Shown here in pieces: positions 58,117-64,000 of a stretch of 64,000 nt of DNA (positions are counted from its first letter, which is position 1; every line of letters begins with the position of its first letter). The notes below the pieces were generated by a model, which was not told where the DNA came from, ran no database searches, and saw only the letters and a program-made list of their open reading frames with translations. Location of the stretch: NCBI GenBank assembly GCA_965228735.1, contig OZ245838.1:6368001-6432000 (forward strand), read 5' to 3'. A program made the position numbers and the translations under genes. The stretch comes from Planctomycetota bacterium. GTDB lineage: Bacteria; Planctomycetota; UBA1135; UBA2386.

Positions 58117-60090
58117 TCAGTCCTTTGCCGGCCCCGGCGTCGGTCCCTGGCTCGGGCCGGGATCCTCGCTCGGCGTCGCCGCGACGGGCTCGACGTCGTC
58201 CGCCTCGGTCGGGTCCGCCGAGAACCGGTTGCGGCCGCGGTCCTTGCTCGCGTACAGCGCCTGGTCGGCGCGGTGCAGGATCGTCTCCCAGGTGTCGCCG
58301 TAGCGGCTGGTGGCGAGCCCGATCGACACGGTCAATGGCAGGCCGATCTCCCGGCCGCGGTTCTCGATGGCGGTGTGCAGGCGGGCGGCGAGCACGCTGG
58401 CTTCTGCCGTCGACGTCTCGGGCAGCATCACGAGGAACTCCTCGCCGCCGTAGCGACTCACGGAATCCGATCGCCGGACCGTGTGGCGCAGCACATCGGC
58501 CGTGACGCGCAGCGCGTGGTCGCCCTGCAGGTGGCCGTAGGAGTCGTTGAGCTGCTTGAAGTAGTCGAGGTCGCAGAGCAGCAGCGTGAGAGCGGTGCCC
58601 GTGCGCGCCGACCGCGCCATCTCCTGATCGAGGTAGTGCAGCCCCATCGTGCGGTTGAGCAGGCGCGTCAGACCGTCGGTCGACGCGAACTTCTGCGCCC
58701 GTTCCGCGCGCTTGCGCAGCAGCAGGTTCTCGATCAGCAGCGTGCCGGTGAGGCCGATCGTCGTCGCCAGGCGCACATCGATGATCGGGCGGATCGGCTC
58801 GTGGGTGAGCGAGCGGTCCAGCACGAGAACGGCCGGCGACTCGAACTCGGAGTTGAGCGGCACGACGAGCGCCTCGTCGGTCCCGAGGCGATCGAGCAGG
58901 CCGGCGCGCGGACCGCTGTCGTCGCCTTCGGCGCCGTCGCCACTCGCGGCCTCGAGGCGTTGCGGGCGGGTGCTGTCGAGCGCGAGCCGGAGCAGCGCGG
59001 CCTCGGCTTCGGTCGGCGTCACGACGGTCGCGGCGAGCGGGCGCGCGGAGAGATCGAACTTGGCGCGCAGGATGAGCTTGCCGCGGCGGCGGCACCACTT
59101 CGCGAGCACCGCGCGATCGTAGCCGCCGTGGCGTACGGCAGCCGCTACCAGCGCCGTCACGATGCCGCGGTACGACCGCGAACCCGAGCAGCTCAGCAAC
59201 GTGAGGGTCAGCTCGTCGGCCGAGATGTGCGGCGCGCTCTGATCGTCGTCACCGAGGGTGCCGGTGTCGCGCACGAACATGCCGGCCGTGCCGAGGTCTG
59301 GCTGCGAGAAGTCCAGACCGACGGCTTCGAGGTGAGTGGTCACGGCGGTGCGCGTGGCCGCGATCCGCTCGCGTTCCTCGGCCGACGGTGGTGTGGCGTC
59401 GTCCGCGGGGGCGCCGAAGCCGGCGAGCAGTGCGATCCGTTCGGCGCGATGCAGCAGCTCGGCGGTGGCGCTGTCGGCCTGGTCCCGGGTGTCGGCCTGG
59501 GCGGCGGCCGGCGCGGCGGCCCGGGCGGCGTCCTGCACGGCGGCCGGCAGGTGCCAGGTCAGCAGTTCGGCGATCGCCGAATGCGCGTCGAGCGGGTTGC
59601 CGTCGTGCATGCGCGCCAACCGGTCGAGCCATTGCCCGCTGCGATAGAGCAGTCCGAGGAGGTAGAGCGCCTCGGGGTCGAACGCGCGATCGTCCTCGCC
59701 GCGTTCGGCCGCGAGCAGCTGTGCTGCGTGCGCAGTGCCGATCGACTGCATCCACAGCTGCCGGATCCCCGTCGTGCCGCTGAGGCCCCGCTCGGCGGTC
59801 GCGATCAGACGGGTGCCCGCGTGCTGCCCGAGTGCTCCGACGATCCGCGCGATGGTCCACGGCTCGGGGCTATCGCCGTAGACCGGCGCACTGACGGCGC
59901 GCAGGCCGCGCAGCACGGCCGGCGGGTCGAGCGCGAGCAGGTCGCGGATCTGCGTCTCCGCGAGCCGGTCCGCGCCGACGCGGCGCCGCACGCGGCGTCG
60001 CAGATCGCAGATCGCGAGGATCGACGGCATCGTCGCGAGCAGCGCGGCGCCACGGATCGGGCTGGCGGGAGTTGGCGTGGGAGAGGACAC
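58117..60090 (-). CDS. Diguanylate cyclase with N-terminal HDOD-like and GAF-like regions
   Basis: DPPAVLRGLR..LWMQSIGTA..LLGLL (HDOD-like); TDGLTRLLNR, DLDYFKQLND and RRSD..RYGGEEF. Confidence 0.85.
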   Translation of the reverse strand: MSSPTPTPASPIRGAALLATMPSILAICDLRRRVRRRVGADRLAETQIRDLLALDPPAVLRGLRAVSAPVYGDSPEPWTIARIVGALGQHAGTRLIATAERGLSGTTGIRQLWMQSIGTAHAAQLLAAERGEDDRAFDPEALYLLGLLYRSGQWLDRLARMHDGNPLDAHSAIAELLTWHLPAAVQDAARAAAPAAAQADTRDQADSATAELLHRAERIALLAGFGAPADDATPPSAEERERIAATRTAVTTHLEAVGLDFSQPDLGTAGMFVRDTGTLGDDDQSAPHISADELTLTLLSCSGSRSYRGIVTALVAAAVRHGGYDRAVLAKWCRRRGKLILRAKFDLSARPLAATVVTPTEAEAALLRLALDSTRPQRLEAASGDGAEGDDSGPRAGLLDRLGTDEALVVPLNSEFESPAVLVLDRSLTHEPIRPIIDVRLATTIGLTGTLLIENLLLRKRAERAQKFASTDGLTRLLNRTMGLHYLDQEMARSARTGTALTLLLCDLDYFKQLNDSYGHLQGDHALRVTADVLRHTVRRSDSVSRYGGEEFLVMLPETSTAEASVLAARLHTAIENRGREIGLPLTVSIGLATSRYGDTWETILHRADQALYASKDRGRNRFSADPTEADDVEPVAATPSEDPGPSQGPTPGPAKD

Positions 60091-60303
60091 AGCGTGTATC
60101 CAATGTTCGGCTTCGCACGCTCCCTCGCTCAAGTCAGGCTCGGCAAGCCCGTGCCAAGGCCGGATCGGGGACCGTTCCGCGGTCCGCTGCCCAAATTTGA
60201 TGATCGTCTAAGTCTCCATCTGAAAGACCCTTGGGGCCTGTGTGGCGAAATCGCACGGGGTTTCTTGCCTGTTTGGCCCGGCGTTCGCTCCTGGTCGCGT
60301 GCC

Positions 60304-61104
60304 ATGACCTGCCCCCCCTCGCAGACGGCACCTTCGGCCCTCGCGTCCACGGAGTCGAACTTGTCCTCCCGCTCACCATCCGCGGTCGAGCGCGCTGCCG
60401 AAGTGCTCGCGCTCTACGACGACAGCACGGTGACCGCGCTCGCGCCGCCCACGGGCGAACGTGAGCAGGCCGCCGCGCACGCGACCGCGCTCATGGATCT
60501 CTATCGCCGTACCGGTTCGTCCGAGGCCTTCGAGTCGCTCGTGGCGGTCGCCGGTCCGGAGCTGTTCGCCCGCGTGCGTTCGCGCCTGCGCCGGCTCGGC
60601 GCCACGCTCGATCCGCATGAAGTCCTGCAGGATGCGATCGTCAACGTGTTCCGGTATCCGGATCGCTTCGTCGCATCGCGTTACAACGCGTTCGCGGCGT
60701 GGTCGGCGACGATCGTCGACAACGCGATCCGCCGGCAGTTGCGGCGCCGGCAGTCGGGACCGTCGATCGCGCTGAGTCCGACCGAGGTGCTCGCCCAGCA
60801 GGCCGACGCCCGCACGGCCGAGCCCGATCACGCCGCCGTCGAGCACGAAGAATCCAAGGCCACGGCCCGCGCGTTCAGCGTGCTGCTGGCGTGCTACCTC
60901 GCCGCGTTCGAGACGCTTTCCGATCGCGAGCGCTTCGTGCTGCAGATGGTCGAGGTCGAGCGCATGCGCTACGCGCAGCTCGGCGAGCTGATCGGCATCC
61001 GGGCCGAGACGATCAAGATGGTCGTGTTCCGCGCGCGCAAGCGCATCATGGAGCGCATGGCCGGGATGCTGGCGCCGCTCGCGCCGCTCTCCACCGCGGC
61101 GTAG
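60304..61104 (+). CDS. ECF-type sigma-70 factor
   Basis: Region 2 (DPHEVLQDAIVNVF, FAAW..IVDN) and region 4 (LSDRERFVL..YAQLG..ETIKMVVFRARKR). Confidence 0.85.
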   Translation: MTCPPSQTAPSALASTESNLSSRSPSAVERAAEVLALYDDSTVTALAPPTGEREQAAAHATALMDLYRRTGSSEAFESLVAVAGPELFARVRSRLRRLGATLDPHEVLQDAIVNVFRYPDRFVASRYNAFAAWSATIVDNAIRRQLRRRQSGPSIALSPTEVLAQQADARTAEPDHAAVEHEESKATARAFSVLLACYLAAFETLSDRERFVLQMVEVERMRYAQLGELIGIRAETIKMVVFRARKRIMERMAGMLAPLAPLSTAA

Positions 61105-61191
61105 TCGCCGCGGTCCGGACCGAATCGCGGACTTCGGGCAAACGGTCGGCGCGGGCTTGCGTTCTCCACCGGTGCCCGCGACCGTGCTGGC

Positions 61192-62499
61192 ATGGAGCAG
61201 GTCGACCGACTGTTCGTCCACTGCAGCGAACTCGTGACCCTGACCGACGGCCCGGCGACCGGGCCACGGCGGGGCGATGCGATGCAGGCGCTCGGGGTCG
61301 TGCGCGACGCGGCGATCGCCGTGGCCGGCGGGCGGATCGTCGCCGTCGGGCCGACCGATCGGATCACGCAGGACTACGAAGCGCCCGAGGAGCTGGATCT
61401 CGGCGGTTTCGTCGTCATGCCGGGCTTCGTCGACTGCCACACGCACCCGGTGTTCGCGCGGACCCGCGAACGCGAGTTCCACATGCGCTGCGGCGGCGCG
61501 GACTACATGGCGATCGCGGCTGCGGGCGGCGGCATCCTGAGTTCGATGCAGGGCGTTCGCGAGGCCGACATCGACGCGCTCACCGAGCGCACGGCCGAGC
61601 ACCTCTGGGGTTTCCTCGCGCACGGTACGACGACCGTCGAGTGCAAGAGTGGCTACGGCCTGTCGCTCGATTCCGAACGCAAGAGCCTCGAAGCGCTCGC
61701 GGATGCGCTCGGCGACGTCCCGATCACCGCGCGGCGCACGTTCCTCGGGGCGCACGAGTTCCCACCCGAGTACCGCGAGAACCGCGACGAGTACGTGCGC
61801 ATCGTCTGCGAGGAGATGTTGCCGGCGCTCGCCGATCTCGCCGACTACTGCGACGTGTTCGCCGAGCCCGGGGTGTTCGATAGAGCGCAGACCGCGCGCG
61901 TGCTCCAGGCCGCGAAGCAGAACGGCCTGCAGCTGCGCGTGCACGCCGACGAGATCGAGCCGATGGGGGGCACCGAGATCGCGGTCGAACACGGCGCGGC
62001 GTCGGTGGACCACCTGGGCCGGATCTCCGACGCGGGGATCCGCGCGTTGGCAGCGAGCGACACGGTCGGCGTGTTGCTGCCCGGGACGATCTTCTTCCTC
62101 GGCAAGCCGCACTACGCGCCGGCTCGGCGGATGATCGAGGCCGGCTGTGCGGTCGCGCTCGCCACGGACTTCAATCCGGGCAGTTGCTACACGCAGTCGA
62201 TGACGCTGATTCACACGATCGCGTGCACGCAGATGCACATGAGCGCTGCCGAGGTGATCACCGCGTCGACGATCAACCCGGCGTTCTCGCTCGGGCTCGA
62301 CGGCGAGGTCGGGTCGCTGCACGCGGGCAAGCGCGCCGACTTCTGCGTGCTCGACCTGCCGAGCCATGAGGCCGTCGGGTATGCGTTCGGCGGCAATCCG
62401 GTCGTCATGACGGTCAAGGACGGCACGCCGGTGCACGCCAACATCGGCGAGCGTGGGCCGGATTGGTTCGCGGACGATCTCGACGAGATCGTCGACTGA
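61192..62499 (+). CDS. hutI: Imidazolonepropionase
   Basis: PGFVDCHTH, GGGILSS, GTTTVECKSGYG, GAH, HADE and ATDFNPGS. Confidence 0.95.
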   Translation: MEQVDRLFVHCSELVTLTDGPATGPRRGDAMQALGVVRDAAIAVAGGRIVAVGPTDRITQDYEAPEELDLGGFVVMPGFVDCHTHPVFARTREREFHMRCGGADYMAIAAAGGGILSSMQGVREADIDALTERTAEHLWGFLAHGTTTVECKSGYGLSLDSERKSLEALADALGDVPITARRTFLGAHEFPPEYRENRDEYVRIVCEEMLPALADLADYCDVFAEPGVFDRAQTARVLQAAKQNGLQLRVHADEIEPMGGTEIAVEHGAASVDHLGRISDAGIRALAASDTVGVLLPGTIFFLGKPHYAPARRMIEAGCAVALATDFNPGSCYTQSMTLIHTIACTQMHMSAAEVITASTINPAFSLGLDGEVGSLHAGKRADFCVLDLPSHEAVGYAFGGNPVVMTVKDGTPVHANIGERGPDWFADDLDEIVD

Positions 62500-62578
62500 A
62501 GCCGAGCGGGATCGGAATCGGTCGCGGCGCCAATGGCCGCGAGTGGCCCCGTCCGTGCCGTCGAGGTAGCGTGGCCGC

Positions 62579-64000
62579 ATGGCCGAGGACGCCAAGAACG
62601 TCGGCGACATGCGCGAGTGTCCGGAGTGCGGGGCGCTGAATCCGGCAGCAGCCGGGTACTGCGACGCGTGTGGGTGCATGTTTCCCAAGATCGCGCGGCC
62701 CGCACCGGCCGCAGTGCCGGACCCCGCAGCCGCGGCGTCCTCTGGCCCGCCACCGCTGCCGGGCGAATCGGCGAAGGAGGAGCCGCCGCCATTGCCGGGT
62801 GAGTCGGGTGGGACCGCGGCCGTCAGAACTCGGAGTACTGCCGCGGCCGACAGGCGCGGGCGGTCGGGGCGGCGCGGCAGGCGCTCGCCCGAGGACGTCG
62901 AGAAGATACGGGCGCGGCAGGAGTTCGCCCGCGTCAAGAGCACGGTCCAGACCGTGCGCATGGTCTACATCGTGAGCGCCGGTGGCGCGGCGGTGAACGT
63001 GTTCCTGTGGCACGTCCTGCTCCCGTACACGATGCAGCTCGTCCTCGGTGACAGCTACGGCACGTGGTTCCCGATCATGTCCGTCGCGCTGTACCTGCAG
63101 TTCGGCCTCATGACGGTCGGGGCCGTGCTCGTGTTGCGCGCCCCGCTGCTCTGGACCGTGATCGGCGCGGCTGTGTGGACGATGCAGAACCTCATGCAGT
63201 GGTGGCTCGTCATCGAGTGCCTCGCGATCAATCGGCGGATCGCGGAGTACGAGGCGTCGCCGCTGAGTGCGCTCTTCAGCTCGCGGCCTCCGGTCGAACC
63301 GATCGAGGTCGGCATGATCATCGTGATCGCCGCGTTCTGGTCGCTGATCGCGGCGGCGCTCTGGTTCGCGGCGTCGCAGGCCGCGCGGGTGCAGCGCCTC
63401 ATGCGCGAGAATCCGGAGCTGCAGATCGAGCGCAAGGGCCTCGACCCCTACAAGCGCGTCGACGGCGGCGTCGGCGACAAGCTCCGGAAGAAGCGCGAGG
63501 AAGAGAGCGGCAACGAAGCGAAGATGATCCTGAAGATCGGCGGCGGCGTCGTGATCGGTCTCGTCGTGTTGCTCGTGTTCCTGCTGCTCTCGTCGATGCC
63601 GCCGGCCGTCGATGGCGCGGTCGACCGCTTCACCGCAGCGTGGCGGAGCGCCGACCTCGAGGCGATCGACTCGCAACTGCAGCGCGGTTCTGTCGCGAAG
63701 GAGATCCGCCGCCACGGCTGGGGCGAGGCGACGCCGACGCTCGGCGAACCCGAGATGGAGGTCGGCGATGACCGGGTCGACGTCACCTGGCCATGCGCGG
63801 GCGACGAGATCCGCGCCCGCTTCGTGCTCGTGGAGGAGGCGTGGCAGCTGCAGGACGTCGTGATCCCCGAGCTCGATCCGCCGGCGATCGGGCCGGCGAT
63901 CGAACGCTACCGGGTGGCGTGGAGCAAGCCCGGGATGGATGCGCTCGTCGAGCAGTTCCGGCCCGACCTGCGACCGCGATTCGGCGCCGCGATGCGCCGC
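62579..64000 (+). CDS. Zinc-ribbon multi-pass membrane protein (3' truncated by window edge)
   Basis: ATG 62579 gives MAEDAKNVGDMRECPECGALNPAAAGYCDACG, then a Pro-rich linker and several TM helices. The frame stays open to the window end, so it is absent from the ORF track. Confidence 0.75.
   Translation, partial: MAEDAKNVGDMRECPECGALNPAAAGYCDACGCMFPKIARPAPAAVPDPAAAASSGPPPLPGESAKEEPPPLPGESGGTAAVRTRSTAAADRRGRSGRRGRRSPEDVEKIRARQEFARVKSTVQTVRMVYIVSAGGAAVNVFLWHVLLPYTMQLVLGDSYGTWFPIMSVALYLQFGLMTVGAVLVLRAPLLWTVIGAAVWTMQNLMQWWLVIECLAINRRIAEYEASPLSALFSSRPPVEPIEVGMIIVIAAFWSLIAAALWFAASQAARVQRLMRENPELQIERKGLDPYKRVDGGVGDKLRKKREEESGNEAKMILKIGGGVVIGLVVLLVFLLLSSMPPAVDGAVDRFTAAWRSADLEAIDSQLQRGSVAKEIRRHGWGEATPTLGEPEMEVGDDRVDVTWPCAGDEIRARFVLVEEAWQLQDVVIPELDPPAIGPAIERYRVAWSKPGMDALVEQFRPDLRPRFGAAMRR

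Overview
A very GC-rich bacterial chromosomal window. The gene content (ECF sigma/Ser-Thr kinase pairs, PEP-CTERM, BamD/LptE/AsmA, type A RNase P RNA) points to a diderm, probably Planctomycetota; this is an inference. Most of it is housekeeping or metabolic: metG, glutaryl-CoA dehydrogenase, fdsGB and fdsAD, gdhA, arfB, rnpB, ruvX, manC, tsaB-glmM-cdaR-cdaA-ftsH, recO and hutI. I found no CRISPR array, tRNA/rRNA, prophage or transposase. Four things stand out. (1) An expanded MglAB-type small-GTPase locus with three Roadblock/LC7 domains, TPR proteins and an MglA ending in a polybasic linker plus a single C-terminal transmembrane anchor. (2) Two small chromatin-type genes: a 52-aa KKKAT-repeat H1-like peptide (absent from the ORF track) and a 68-aa bacterial histone-fold protein with a lysine-rich N-tail. 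They share a near-identical 5' end and an upstream AT-rich 10-mer. (3) A PAS-GGDEF-EAL protein whose N-terminal membrane domain keeps the Asp/Tyr/Ile/Pro/Ile/Cys/His signature of ethylene receptors. (4) An fds formate dehydrogenase operon split by about 9.9 kb of secretion/signalling genes, with a palindromic repeat cluster at the left junction. All protein assignments come from motif recognition by eye, not database searches.
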